DNA of 63,577 nucleotides, filler included, from Octopus bimaculoides (GCF_001194135.2; 5 parts of 5 records of this genome joined end to end with filler, not necessarily neighbours in it); one strand, 5' to 3'; positions 38,359 through 51,048 are shown, numbered from the whole stretch's first letter. Numbers and translations: made by a program. Notes: a model not told the origin generated them from the letters alone.

Positions 38359-38525
38359 CGAAGACATGAATGGTTTTTGATGAAGGAACTGACTGGAGAG
38401 CTGTGGGACATTATTCGTCCCTTGCATAGCATAAGTGACATCGCCACACCCTTTGTACGTCTATTTAAAGACATCGTTAACATAATTAAAACAGTGAAGA
38501 AAGCCTATGAGTTCACCAAGAAAAC
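38359..38525 (+). CDS. Exon 8; RRHEWFLMKELTGELWDIIRPLHSISDIATPFVRLFKDIVNIIKTVKKAYEFTKK(T); gene continues
   Basis: Acceptor atctacag, donor AC|GTAAGT, 167 nt, phases 0/2; no stop codon. Confidence 0.88.
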
Positions 38526-38759
38526 GTAAGTCATATTTTGTGATGCCCTTACCACCATTATTCCATACCCTTCCCTCATTTTAGATATTCAATAAACTAC
38601 CTTCTCAGACACACACACACACACACAGACTTAGGGTTTGGTCTTTTGTAAACCCTATGATTCACAAGGCCAAAACCATGGAAACTGGGTTTCTATGGTG
38701 TACAAGTGAGTGGGGTTACAACATTTCCCTACTCTGGACTGGATACCCACATGTGATGG

Positions 38760-38903
38760 GGTTAACTTCCCAGCTATTGTTGGGACTCCTTTACAGCTTA
38801 GTGGACTGTGGCTATATGAAAGGAAGTGCAGGGTTCACTTCCCAGCTGTTGCTGGAACACATTTACAGGTGAGTGGACTGGGGTCATATGAAAGGAAGTG
38901 TTA
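38760..38903. repeat. 72-bp tandem duplication
   Basis: GGTTMACTTCCCAGCT...CATATGAAAGGAAGTG occurs at 38760 and 38832. Confidence 0.75.
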
Positions 38904-39269
38904 GGTCTGTCATGAGCCCTAAGAATTCACGAGGATGGAACTTAATGTGGCTTCCATTAGATATAAGGGGGTTGAGATTGTGGCACTCACCTCTTGAATG
39001 GGAGACCATCGTCATTGTCATCATTGGTGTTAAGTCATATCCGAGTAGCAGATGTCTTCATGGGTGTGATAAAAGATACTGGTGCCTGAGGTGGAAGTTT
39101 AGGCCAAGGGTTGTATAGAAGAGCCAGGGATCACTCTGTTGCTAAATGAAAAGGCCAGATGGGTGTGGCAAAAGGCTTTGACAGCTCAATCACTTGATTG
39201 ATTCAGGATGTAAAAGTGAACTGCAGTATAACACTGATTTAGTCTTTGGCTTAATATTGAGAATGTCAA

Positions 39270-39487
39270 ATGCAGTGAGCTGGCAGTCATATTAGCACAC
39301 CAGGTGAAATACTTACTGGTATTTTCTCTGTCTTTATGTTCTGAGTTCAAATTCCGCCGAGGTCGACTTTGTCTTCCATCCTTTTGGGGTCGATAAATTA
39401 AGTACCAGTTGTGTACTGGGGTTGATATAATCGACTGGTCTCCTCCCCCAAAATTTCGGGCCTTGTGCCTAGAGTAGAAAAGAATAT
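39270..39487 (+). mobile_element. SINE family C
   Basis: Matches 9443-9665. Confidence 0.85.
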
Positions 39488-39732
39488 TGAAAATCTCATG
39501 AAGCAAATATATAATGGATGTGTGTGTGTCTGTGCACTGCATGCACAGTACACTACATGGCAGTACAACTGCCATGTAGATGCACTATATGGCAGTACAA
39601 CCTCACTTGCCAGTGGCGGTCAGTAGACTAATGCCTGAGGGTCACATCAAGTGACTTCTAGTGGCAGAAACCTGAACTACAATGGGCTTGTCCTGCAGAG
39701 AACATCTCTGGTTACTTTTGGGTACAGCCCTT

Positions 39733-39781
<49 letters not shown>

Positions 39782-39870
39782 AACATACTTGTACATTTGT
39801 ATATAATAAACATTAAGGCAAAGTAAACATCTCAAGTCGTATACATTATTATTATAGGAAGAAATTCAAA

Positions 39871-39926
39871 ATCTTACAGCTGTTTCTGGGATATCCCCGA
39901 ATATGGGATATTCTGTCATCAGAGAC
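39871..39926 (-). ncRNA. Minimal type I hammerhead ribozyme-like motif (Penelope type), possibly decayed
   Basis: Minus strand reads GTCT-CTGATGA-CAGAATATCCC-ATATTCG-GGGATATCCCA-GAAAC-AGCT-GTA-AGAT: catalytic core, stem II, palindromic stem III (ACAGCTGT), GUA site and a 4-bp stem I. The base of stem II is mismatched. Confidence 0.6.
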
Positions 39927-40238
39927 AAACAGGGGAAAAAAATATATGGAAAATGAGAATGGTATATATTAATGAAACGACGACATAGAGGAAGGGAGTA
40001 AAAGAATAAAGAGATGAAAGAAAAAAGGAAAAAAGAAGCATAAAAGTTCATAGTTCAACTTTCTGATGTTGTAGAAACAAAAGCATAAGTCCTTAGGTGC
40101 AATCCTGTGTAGACCCATGGAGGTTAAAATCTTGATATAGTAATCATCCAGAGAAAAAAGATGCGAACATATCAATGTTCAATAACAGGATGGTAGTGGA
40201 GATGGCTATTCTCATTTTCCCTATTTTTCTTCCTATTT

Positions 40239-40294
40239 GTCTCTGATGACAGAATATCCCATACTTGGGGATATCTCAGAAACAGCAGTAAGAT
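40239..40294 (+). ncRNA. Second minimal type I hammerhead-like motif, inverted partner of 39871-39926
   Basis: GTCT-CTGATGA-CAGAATATCCC-ATACTTG-GGGATATCTCA-GAAAC-AGCA-GTA-AGAT; the stem III palindrome is broken by one substitution. Confidence 0.55.
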
Positions 40295-40335
40295 TTTGAA
40301 TTTTCTCCAATGATAATATTGTATATGACTTGAGG

Positions 40336-40385
<50 letters not shown>

Positions 40386-40483
40386 TACATATGTATCTAT
40401 ATATGTATATATATATGTACATACATACATATGTATCTATATATATGCATATATACATGTATGTTTATATAATGCTAGCAGAA

Positions 40484-40583
40484 NNNNNNNNNNNNNNNNN
40501 NNNNNNNNNNNNNNNNNNNNNNNNNNNTTAATTAATTAANNNNNNNNNNNNNNNNNNNNNNNNNNNNNNNNNNNNNNNNNNNN
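40484..40583. other. Artificial 100-bp join: 44N-TTAATTAATTAA-44N
   Basis: Identical geometry at four sites. Confidence 0.95.
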
Positions 40584-42087
40584 ATATATATATATATAAA
40601 TCTGTTATGGTGAAACTTGCCTACATCACGACATACTAATTTTATTTGATATACGCTTACTGCGTATTTTCCTATGATTAATATAATTGAGTTTCTGTGT
40701 AAAATATATTACAGTTTTGCTGTACTAAGACAGATATACAAAGGATACGGTAAATTAGGAAACTTCTATCGCAATCCACTTATGGAGCTGTGGAAATAAA
40801 GAAAGCACTCACAAATTCATATACGCACTTATAAACATACAAATTTATGCATATGTAGTCATACGTATGCCACGCATAAACATCACACTGCATTTTTTAG
40901 TTCATCTAATCAAGCACTTTATTAAAAGTGCTCTTAAAGTAATTAGAAATTTGAAATCAGTTGACCATGAGGAATAGATAAACGAAATGAATGAAGCCTG
41001 AATGTACCTGTGTGAATAATCACGTTTGTGTTTAACCCCCGGTAAACCTTCCTGGATAACTTGATATTTCTGCTACTGCTTGCTTCTCAGTCAATACTGT
41101 ACGACAAATGAAGCCAGTTATAAATAACAGTTATAAATAACAGTAAGCTACGAGGCGTTAATTATAAAATGAACGAAGATCTTTTCTGTTTGGTTGCCAC
41201 TTTTCAGTTTCTTCAATTTTGTTCCATTTGAAATCATATTTGGAGAGGTGATGTAGTTTTGTATGGTAATCATTGACATGAAATTCATTCTCGCCAAAAA
41301 TCAGTAAATAAAGCGTTAATAGCTTTTAAAGTTTGCAAATTTAGGATAATTTTAGCCAGTCGAAAGCCACAGACATAAAGGTGCCCGTTTCTATAGTAAC
41401 AAGCCAAACACTGTTAACAAGCTGTTTACTCATTTGGTTATTATCGTTTATTAGATGCTTAAAACACATGTGGTATGAGGTGGTCATGAGATATGCTAAA
41501 ATACATAGCTAAATAGGCCTTAAATCACGCACAAAATTATTTTTTTGCTTTTTGCACAATCGTATTGATTCCCGTTTGTAGAATACAAATTCGCAAAAAT
41601 TTTCTGAAAACTCTAAAAAAAATAATAAAAAGCTATGAGGGTTAAAGGTGGTGCTCCAACATGGCCGCAGTCAAATGACTGAAACAAGTAAAAGAGTTAT
41701 ATGGCGTGTGTAAAGCAGAATTCCGTCAATATTTCATTTGTTTACAGTTGACAACGCGTGCAGTCACACACAAAATGATAGCTTCCAAATCCTGTTTTCT
41801 GACTGGGTAAAAAATATCAAGCTTTAAACCTCTTTCTTAAAAAAATATTCTGAGAAAAGTGAATTAGCTCCTGAGATTGGACGTGGAAAACTACATCAAT
41901 ACACCAAATTATAGAATTTTCAATAATAAACAGGTGCAGCCAAACGGAAAAAGTCCGTGAACGAAATGTATCGTCTCTATATGAGCGAAAAAAGCTTGTT
42001 TTTCTCAGTAAAAACAATTATATGCATGAATACATATATGTATGCATACATACATATATACATACATACATGTATGCATACACGATA

Positions 42088-42302
42088 CGAGAGGGTGCTG
42101 AAAAGTTCCTGGCTTTGAGTAAAAGAAAATGCAGGAAACTCAGTTAATTATGATCATATTCAACATATTCCCCTCTCAGATTCACACACAACTTGCAGCA
42201 GTCCTTCAGCTTTCTAAGCCCTGTAAAAGAACTCGGAATGTTGGATCTCCAAGCAGGATTTTCGTGATACGCCTGAACCGAGGAACTTCTTAGCAACCCC
42301 TC

Positions 42303-42303
<1 letters not shown>
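42088..42303. mobile_element. mariner-type MITE
   Basis: TA flanks; 23-bp TIRs CGAGAGGGTGCTGAAAAGTTCCT vs CGAGGGGTTGCTAAGAAGTTCCT (19/23). Confidence 0.8.
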
Positions 42304-42346
<43 letters not shown>

Positions 42347-42409
42347 GCGCACGCACAAATGCATATATACATGCACACATGCATGCAAATACATACATAC
42401 ATACAACAG

Positions 42410-42990
42410 TGATGGAGATGCAGGAAGGCTATACTTCCCACGCAGAAATGTTTGCCATGGTCACAAATCTGTCTTGATGTAATATGAAACACGCACTGTG
42501 AAACTAAAATAACAACTGTAGCAGAGGAAAGAGACCAGAAACTATTTTGCCCAAGTTTGTGGCCATGAAATCAGCAACATAATTAGGTTAGGCATAAAAT
42601 GAGAGCTGATACAGATCTCTCCCCAAGGAGCATTGGTAAATTTTATTTATCAAAAGAACGAAATATAAAAAAAACCTAACACGATAATACATAAGTTCTT
42701 GGCACTAAAGACACAAACTGTAGAAGGAATTGATTATATCAATAGCATGGCATGAAGTACGGACATCTTTATGACATCTCGAAGACTACGTCCAAGCCAG
42801 TCAAGAACAAGGGATCGGCAAATACCTGTCGCACAAAAGGCAAAATACATTCACAGACAACAAATGTAGAATGGGCAAGACCAAGATTGAAAACGTCAAC
42901 GACATTATTATGAAGTGCGATATTATCTTCCAGTTATTATCTTTCCATGAGGCATGATGTGGTGGCCAGAACAGTCTGGAAAAAGGGATT
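42410..42990 (+). mobile_element. Decayed R4/Dong-like (RLE-type) non-LTR retrotransposon fragment
   Basis: GRLYFPRR (cf. RLYxPRxxGGRGL), YVQASQEQ, TDNKCRM..IENVNDI zinc-knuckle remnant, MRHDVVARTVW (RHD motif); frameshifted. Confidence 0.7.
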
Positions 42991-43009
42991 AGATTTGAGA
43001 TTTACGTAT

Positions 43010-43235
43010 CCAACAACTTGTTTCAGTCATTAGAGTGGGGCCATGGTGGGGCACTGCGCTGAAAATTTTAGGCAGACGAATCGACAGCAGTACTTTTTTT
43101 ATTAACCTGATACTTATTCTATCGATGTCTTTCTTTTACCAAACAGCTAAGTTAGGAAGATGTAAACACACCAACAGCGATTGTCAGACACACACACATA
43201 TATGTATGTATGTATGTTATCAATCAGTTTCATTT
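43010..43235 (-). mobile_element. SINE family A fragment
   Basis: Diverged reverse complement of the 3' half. Confidence 0.65.
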
Positions 43236-43244
43236 CTGTATTTC

Positions 43245-43310
43245 TTGTCCATAGAGAAAGAGCCGGACTCTAACATAGATTCAAGGCTCCTTCATTGGAA
43301 CTTTTATCAA
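43245..43310 (+). repeat. Short interspersed repeat, with an inverted copy at 54010-54075
   Basis: AGAGAAAGAGCCGG...AAGGCTCCTTCATTGGAA shared; both copies sit in (ATAC)n tracts. Confidence 0.7.
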
Positions 43311-43397
43311 CATCATCTAGGTATTTGTGCATATAATGTGTGTGTGTGCAGTATTTGGTGTTAGTGTATGCGCAGATTTGTGTTTGTTTTATGGATG

Positions 43398-43437
<40 letters not shown>

Positions 43438-43445
43438 TATATATG

Positions 43446-43479
<34 letters not shown>

Positions 43480-43639
43480 TGTATGTATGCATGCATGTAT
43501 GCATGCATGTATGTATGTATGTATGTATGAATATATGTACGTACGTGTGTATACATGTATTTGTGCATGTATGTATTTATAAATCTTTAAATTCTTTCAG
43601 CTTCATAGCTGCGGTCATTCTGGGGCATCACCGTTATAT

Positions 43640-43672
<33 letters not shown>

Positions 43673-43680
43673 TATATATT

Positions 43681-43711
<31 letters not shown>

Positions 43712-43914
43712 ATACGTGTATATTCATACACAAATATATATTCATGCATGTGTTCATAGAAATCCAATCGATTGCTGGTAAAGAAAGAATTCATAAAGGA
43801 TTCTAAGAACAGTATATGTTTCCTGCAATGGGCACAAGCACACAATCACATGTACGCATATAGCATATTCACACACACATACATAAAAGAATAATCACTT
43901 GCACACACGCATAT

Positions 43915-43948
<34 letters not shown>

Positions 43949-45047
43949 GTGTACTAAAGAAATGTGGACATCCATTTCACGAATGTCTCTATATCTACAT
44001 ATATACACCTACACATGTGCATAATCTTGCGGAAATCCTTTGAACTGTCTTGATTCGAACAGAAAAGCCTTGTCACTTCTTTAGTGCCCGATTTGGATTC
44101 TGCTTAAATCTGAAATAATCTCAAAGAAAAACATACATATATAAAAATAAACTTACATAAATATAAACATACATATATACAGATATATATGGACGGACAT
44201 TTATAATAACATAAACACAGATACACACATACATAGATAAATACACATCACATATGTACATACGTACATGCATGCATAAACACACAAATTCATACATACG
44301 TATACATATACATATACTCATACATACGCACACATACACTCATAGATATACACACACACTCACATGTACCCAAGTACACACATGCATGCAAACATAACAT
44401 GCATGGATAGTTTTACCTAAAAGAGAAAGATGCCAAAATTGACAACGATTGCCGCGTCTCTAGGGCTCGTAGCTACTTCCATTAGGTCACATCTCAAACG
44501 TTATGCTCTCAGAGCAAAAGATTACTACAAAATACCTGTTAAACAAACGAAGGTTTGAAGCATTTATAATGTCGGAAATGCTACTTTTGTACAAAGGACA
44601 GTATTACGCATGTAGTCAGCAGTAGTTTTAAAATGTCATTAAAGGTATTACATTTCTCCAAACATACAATTTCATGTTCTTGCGAAAGCAATATATAATG
44701 ACATCTTTGGTAAGGGCTTCTCTGGATATATATTAAAACTGCTTGAAAAATAATTCTATGAGGAAGCTGGGAGTGTTTGGCATCAGGTAAGTGGAAGCCA
44801 AAAACAAGGGAAAGAAAAAGCAAGGGGTCTACCCTGGTGGTCGAATGCCTATCCTTCAGGAAAGCCATTACAAATTCCATCTGTAATGAGCAATGCTTTA
44901 ATCGAACATTGTAAATATAATCAAATTATTATTGTACATTTAAAATTGTAAATATTTAATCGATACAGCTACTTCACCCCTTTTATGTTTGTCTGTCCTT
45001 GTTCGTCCCCTCTTTGTAATGCCTTTATGGCAAATATTTATGAAATA

Positions 45048-45643
45048 AAGTAGCTTGCTTACCAGCCACATGGTTCCGGGTTCAGTCCCGCTGCGTGGCA
45101 CCTTGGGCGAGTGTCTTCTACTATAGCCTCGGNNNNNNNNNNNNNNNNNNNNNNNNNNNNNNNNNNNNNNNNNNNNNNNNNNNNNNNNNNNNNNNNNNNN
45201 NNNNNNNNNNNNNNNNNNNNNNNNNNNNNNNNNNNNNNNNNNNNNNNNNNNNNNNNNNNNNNNNNNNNNNNNNNNNNNNNNNNNNNNNNNNNNNNNNNNN
45301 NNNNNNNNNNNNNNNNNNNNNNNNNNNNNNNNNNNNNNNNNNNNNNNNNNNNNNNNNNNNNNNNNNNNNNNNNNNNNNNNNNNNNNNNNNNNNNNNNNNN
45401 NNNNNNNNNNNNNNNNNNNNNNNNNNNNTGTGTCTGTGTTTGTCCCCCGCCACAACATCGCTTGACAACCGATGCTGGTGTGTTTACGTCCCCGTAACTT
45501 AGCGGTTCGGCAAAAAAGAGACCGATAGAATAAGTACTAAGCTTACAAAAGAATAAGTCCTGGGGTCGATTTGCTCGACTAAAGGCGGTGCTCCAGCATG
45601 GCCACAGTCAAATGACTGAAACAAGTAAACGAGTAAAAGAGAG
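45048..45643 (+). mobile_element. SINE family A spanning an N gap
   Basis: Head before the gap, 3' half after it. Confidence 0.88.
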
Positions 45644-45689
45644 TATTGAATTTCAACGCAAGATTATTGTATTTTATTTTTTAATTCTT

Positions 45690-45875
45690 TCACTCATTAG
45701 ACTGCGGCCATGCTGGATCAACGCTTTGAAGAATTGTTTTCGAATGAATCGATATATTTTCTTAAAGTCTGGTACTTATTTTATCGGATTCTTTTTCGAA
45801 CCGCTAATTAACGGGGACGTGAACAAACCAACACCGATTGCTAAGCGATGGTGGGGGACAAACACAGAAACAAAG
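45690..45875 (-). mobile_element. SINE family A fragment
   Basis: Diverged reverse complement of the 3' half. Confidence 0.65.
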
Positions 45876-47131
45876 ACACGCATATATAGACTCATATATA
45901 CATACATAAATACATACATGCACAATCACACACATTTACACACAAACACACACACACATGCGCGCATATATATATGTTCTCTATGTGGCCTGTATGTGTT
46001 CTGTACTCTGGTTATTATTATTTTTTTTGTCTACGTTTTGTTTGCAATGCCCTGTACCCAGATATGCACCTATATATACAGGTAGACGTAGGTATGCACA
46101 TACCTGTACGTATATATGCATATACTCATTTATTATTTGTTTTACATGATTGAACGCCTGNNNNNNNNNNNNNNNNNNNNNNNNNNNNNNNNNNNNNNNN
46201 NNNNNNNNNNNNNNNNNNNNNNNNNNNNNNNNNNNNNNNNNNNNNNNNNNNNNNNNNNNNNNNNNNNNNNNNNNNNNNNNNNNNNNNNNNNNNNNNNNNN
46301 NNNNNNNNNNNNNNNNNNNNNNNNNNNNNNNNNNNNNNNNNNNNNNNNNNNNNNNNNNNNNNNNNNNNNNNNNNNNNNNNNNNNNNNNNNNNNNNNNNNN
46401 NNNNNNNNNNNNNNNNNNNNNNNNNNNNNNNNNNNNNNNNNNNNNNNNNNNNNNNNNNNNNNNNNNNNNNNNNNNNNNNNNNNNNNNNNNNNNNNNNNNN
46501 NNNNNNNNNNNNNNNNNNNNNNNNNNNNNNNNNNNNNNNNNNNNNNNNNNNNNNNNNNNNNNNNNNNNNNNNNNNNNNNNNNNNNNNNNNNNNNNNNNNN
46601 NNNNNNNNNNNNNNNNNNNNNNNNNNNNNNNNNNNNNNNNNNNNNNNNNNNNNNNNNNNNNNNNNNNNNNNNNNNNNNNNNNNNNNNNNNNNNNNNNNNN
46701 NNNNNNNNNNNNNNNNNNNNNNNNNNNNNNNNNNNNNNNNNNNNNNNNNNNNNNNNNNNNNNNNNNNNNNNNNNNNNNNNNNNNNNNNNNNNNNNNNNNN
46801 NNNNNNNNNNNNNNNNNNNNNNNNNNNNNNNNNNNNNNNNNNNNNNNNNNNNNNNNNNNNNNNNNNNNNNNNNNNNNNNNNNNNNNNNNNNNNNNNNNNN
46901 NNNNNNNNNNNNNNNNNNNNNNNNNNNNNNNNNNNNNNNNNNNNNNNNNNNNNNNNNNNNNNNNNNNNNNNNNNNNNNNNNNNNNNNNNNNNNNNNNNNN
47001 NNNNNNNNNNNNNNNNNNNNNNNNNNNNNNNNNNNNNNNNNNNNNNNNNNNNNNNNNNNNNNNNNNNNNNNNNNNNNNNNNNNNNNNNNNNNNNNNNNNN
47101 NNNNNNNNNNNNNNNNNNNNNNNNNNNNNNN

Positions 47132-47437
47132 TCTGAGTTCAGTCTCACTGCGTGGCACCTTGGGCAAGTGTCTTCTTCTATAGCCTCGGGCCGACAAAAG
47201 CTTTGTGAGTGGATTTGGTAGACAGAAACTGAAAGAAGCCCGCCGTATATATATGTATGTATATATGTATGTGTGTGTATATGTTTGTGTGTCTGTGTTT
47301 GTCCCCCCAACATCGCTTGACAACCGATGCTGGTGTGTTTACGTCCCCGTAACTTAGCGGTTCGGCAAAAGAGACCGATAGAATAAGTACTAGGCTTACA
47401 AAGAATAAGTCCTGGGGTCGATTTGTTCGACTAAAGG
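47132..47437 (+). mobile_element. SINE family A (5' end in a gap)
   Basis: B-box region through GTCGATTTGTTCGACTAAAGGC. Confidence 0.88.
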
Positions 47438-48374
47438 CTGTGGGACTGAACCCATAAACACGTGGTTTCAAGGAGTACTTATTAACCACACACCCATGTC
47501 TATGGACAACTCATTTGAAACCTATACCGTCTCTACACTGATTATATAATTAAACATTTGTATTTGCAGTTAGTAACATAATATACTTGGTTATATTACT
47601 ATTTAAACAGTAAGCTTGAACAGTTGAGTACTTGAGGCTAAGGAAAATAAATCATTTTTAATTTGTTTTCTGCAAATTCAGTCAGTGCATGGAACAGTCA
47701 AAAGTATGCATGACGTTTCTCGACTTTACGATCTGCGAGTTCTTGCTCCTGCGACGCTAATCGGTGTCTGATCAACATTGGATGAGATTTATTTACGCAA
47801 TGACGTCTGAGGCTGAAATATCCGAAATAGCTGATGTGCTCAATATCACATGAATGGTGATGGTGGGCTTCTTTTTAAGCGCAAAATGCCGGCCTTCTTT
47901 TTAAGCGCAAAATATACGTGACACTAACACACGAACGTAGCAGGATATGTAAAAAGATTATAAAGTTAATCGTGTGTTCATTCTCTACAAACACTTGCCA
48001 AAACATTCAGAGCATTGATTGTTTGGACACGTTCAGTCAACCGTGTCAGCCTTAACTTATGACGCCAAACATTCTCTCTGGATACTAACATACGGAGGTA
48101 GCGGGGAACCTACAAAAATTTCTAAGACCAGTCATGTGACTATCCTCTACTAACCAAATCTTATTCAAAATATATAGTAATTTGAGCCATGAACTCCCTA
48201 TAAAAATAGGGAAGACTTCAAACACTAGTCAGAAGCAAAACAGCTACGACATAAGCCACGTCTTTCTATTTGAACTTTTTGAAAATCAGTGTAAACTGTG
48301 AAACCGGTTAATGCTTAAAGATAGTAATAAAACATATTTTGACTATTCTCAGTGCATTTCCAACTTCTATCTTT

Positions 48375-48406
<32 letters not shown>

Positions 48407-50660
48407 NNNNNNNNNNNNNNNNNNNNNNNNNNNNNNNNNNNNNNNNNNNNNNNNNNNNNNNNNNNNNNNNNNNNNNNNNNNNNNNNNNNNNNNNNNNNNN
48501 NNNNNNNNNNNNNNNNNNNNNNNNNNNNNNNNNNNNNNNNNNNNNNNNNNNNNNNNNNNNNNNNNNNNNNNNNNNNNNNNNNNNNNNNNNNNNNNNNNNN
48601 NNNNNNNNNNNNNNNNNNNNNNNNNNNNNNNNNNNNNNNNNNNNNNNNNNNNNNNNNNNNNNNNNNNNNNNNNNNNNNNNNNNNNNNNNNNNNNNNNNNN
48701 NNNNNNNNNNNNNNNNNNNNNNNNNNNNNNNNNNNNNNNNNNNNNNNNNNNNNNNNNNNNNNNNNNNNNNNNNNNNNNNNNNNNNNNNNNNNNNNNNNNN
48801 NNNNNNNNNNNNNNNNNNNNNNNNNNNNNNNNNNNNNNNNNNNNNNNNNNNNNNNNNNNNNNNNNNNNNNNNNNNNNNNNNNNNNNNNNNNNNNNNNNNN
48901 NNNNNNNNNNNNNNNNNNNNNNNNNNNNNNNNNNNNNNNNNNNNNNNNNNNNNNNNNNNNNNNNNNNNNNNNNNNNNNNNNNNNNNNNNNNNNNNNNNNN
49001 NNNNNNNNNNNNNNNNNNNNNNNNNNNNNNNNNNNNNNNNNNNNNNNNNNNNNNNNNNNNNNNNNNNNNNNNNNNNNNNNNNNNNNNNNNNNNNNNNNNN
49101 NNNNNNNNNNNNNNNNNNNNNNNNNNNNNNNNNNNNNNNNNNNNNNNNNNNNNNNNNNNNNNNNNNNNNNNNNNNNNNNNNNNNNNNNNNNNNNNNNNNN
49201 NNNNNNNNNNNNNNNNNNNNNNNNNNNNNNNNNNNNNNNNNNNNNNNNNNNNNNNNNNNNNNNNNNNNNNNNNNNNNNNNNNNNNNNNNNNNNNNNNNNN
49301 NNGCTTGAAATCGGAGAATAAAATATTATTATGAAATGTTATTACACAGTTATATATATATGTATATCAGTGGCGACTTCGACACTCAGGCTGTTCGGGC
49401 TTAACCCGATTATAAATCTAGTAAAGTGGACGTGTATTTGCAAGCCCCTTTTATTGAGCTTGGTTCGCAGTTGATTTATTTTCGTTCAGCGTCTGGCGCT
49501 CGTCTTAGAAGTACCCTGTATCCAAAAACATCATTCGTATCAGACATTCTCTCGACATCGTTCACACACACCTGACTCGGGCTCAGAAGTTACAGCCCGA
49601 GTAGTTACCTATAATCGTAAAAATTAAAAGTAATTCAAATTCAATGTTTTCTTGAAACAATATATTTTTATAGAGATTAGGATTTAAACCCCAATCTATG
49701 GTAAGTTTCCGGTCTACAATATTCTTAAAGGAACGAAAAATTATCCAGCAACTCGGGCTAATAGGAACGATCCAGGTAGGTGTAAAGGAGTAACTGACAT
49801 ATCTTGTCAAGAGTACAGGTGACAGTAGGATCACTGATGTTTGTTGTGTACTCTTCTTTTATTATTTGATTGATGTTATTCATGTAAGTCTATGTGTAAA
49901 GATCAGTTGTGTTTTACATGGTTGCCTTATTTTTACCCTTAACTTAGAAATGGAGAAAGACATAGCTAGATATTAAAAAAGTAAAACATTTGGGGCTCGA
50001 AATAGTGCGGGGAAACGCGAAATTCTTCGAGCAGGTAGGCCAACTCCTTCATTGAAAACTAAAGCTGGAACTCAAACATTCCATATAAAATGGTATGAAT
50101 AGATTGATTGGCTTTGTGTAAGTAGTATCATAGAGAAACACTACTGCTAACCTTGTTTGTTGTTTCAACCAAAAGCTAATCAGCCGTGGACAGATGGAAG
50201 CTATAATAATTATAAAAAACATCCTGAGTAACTGTAAGCATCACAGTAAATCACTGAGTCATTAAAAGCCTAAAATCTTTCGGACTGTACGATATTGTGA
50301 CAGCTATAAGTGAGTCTGCTAAACTGGAAAAAGGACGGCAAAAAAAAAGCAGCTAAAGAAAATAGACAATATCTAAAGCAGTTAACAAATGCTGTGTTAT
50401 ACTTGTGTAAACAAGAGTTGCCTTTACTTGGAAATGATGATCGAAGTCACAGCCTTAATAGAGAAAATTACCGTGAACTATTGTAGTACTTTGCTGAAAT
50501 CGAAAGCGTGTTTGCTTCTAGACTTTCTACTAAAGAGGGGTCTTAACAGATTCCAGGGATCTCAAGTACAATACAAATTGACCTAAAACAAGCGATTGGA
50601 AATATTATCTCTGATGAAATTATAAGTGAAGTTGATAAAGCTCCGTTTATATCTGTACAA

Positions 50661-51048
50661 TGGAGGCGCAATGGCCCAGTGGTTAGGGCAGCGGACTCGT
50701 GGTCATAGGATCGCTGTTTCGATTCCCAGACTGGGAGTTGTGAGTGTTTATTGAGCGAAAACACCTAAAGCTCCATGAGGCTCCGGCAGGGGATGGTGGC
50801 GAACCCTGCTGTACTCTTTCACCACAACTTTCTCTCACTCTTACTTCCTGTTTCTGTTGTGCCTGTAATTCAAAGGGTCAGCCTTGTCACACTGTGCCAC
50901 GCTGAATATCCCCGAGAAGTACGTTAAGGGGTACACGTGTCTGTGAAGTGCTCAGCCACTTGCACGTTAATTTCACGAGCAGGCTGTTCCGTTGATCTGA
51001 TCAACTGGAACCCTCGACGTCGTAAGCGACGGAGTGCCAACAACAAAC
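50661..51048 (+). mobile_element. Young tRNA-derived SINE (OR-like family) inside the hAT
   Basis: tRNA-like head TGGCCCAGTGGTTAGGG...TTCGATTCC; (CAA)n tail; 12-bp TSD ATATCTGTACAA at 50649-50660 and 51049-51060. Confidence 0.92.

Larger units (their letters stand above)
39830..40335. mobile_element. Inverted-repeat element with ~130-bp arms and a ~250-bp spacer; Penelope-like pLTR relic or MITE
   Basis: 39831-39960 is the reverse complement of 40208-40334 with scattered substitutions; each arm contains a hammerhead-like motif. Confidence 0.75.

Noticed and set aside
44740-44793. Strong donor CAG|GTAAGT preceded by MRKLGVFGI
   Set aside because: An isolated site with no phase-compatible partner exon found.
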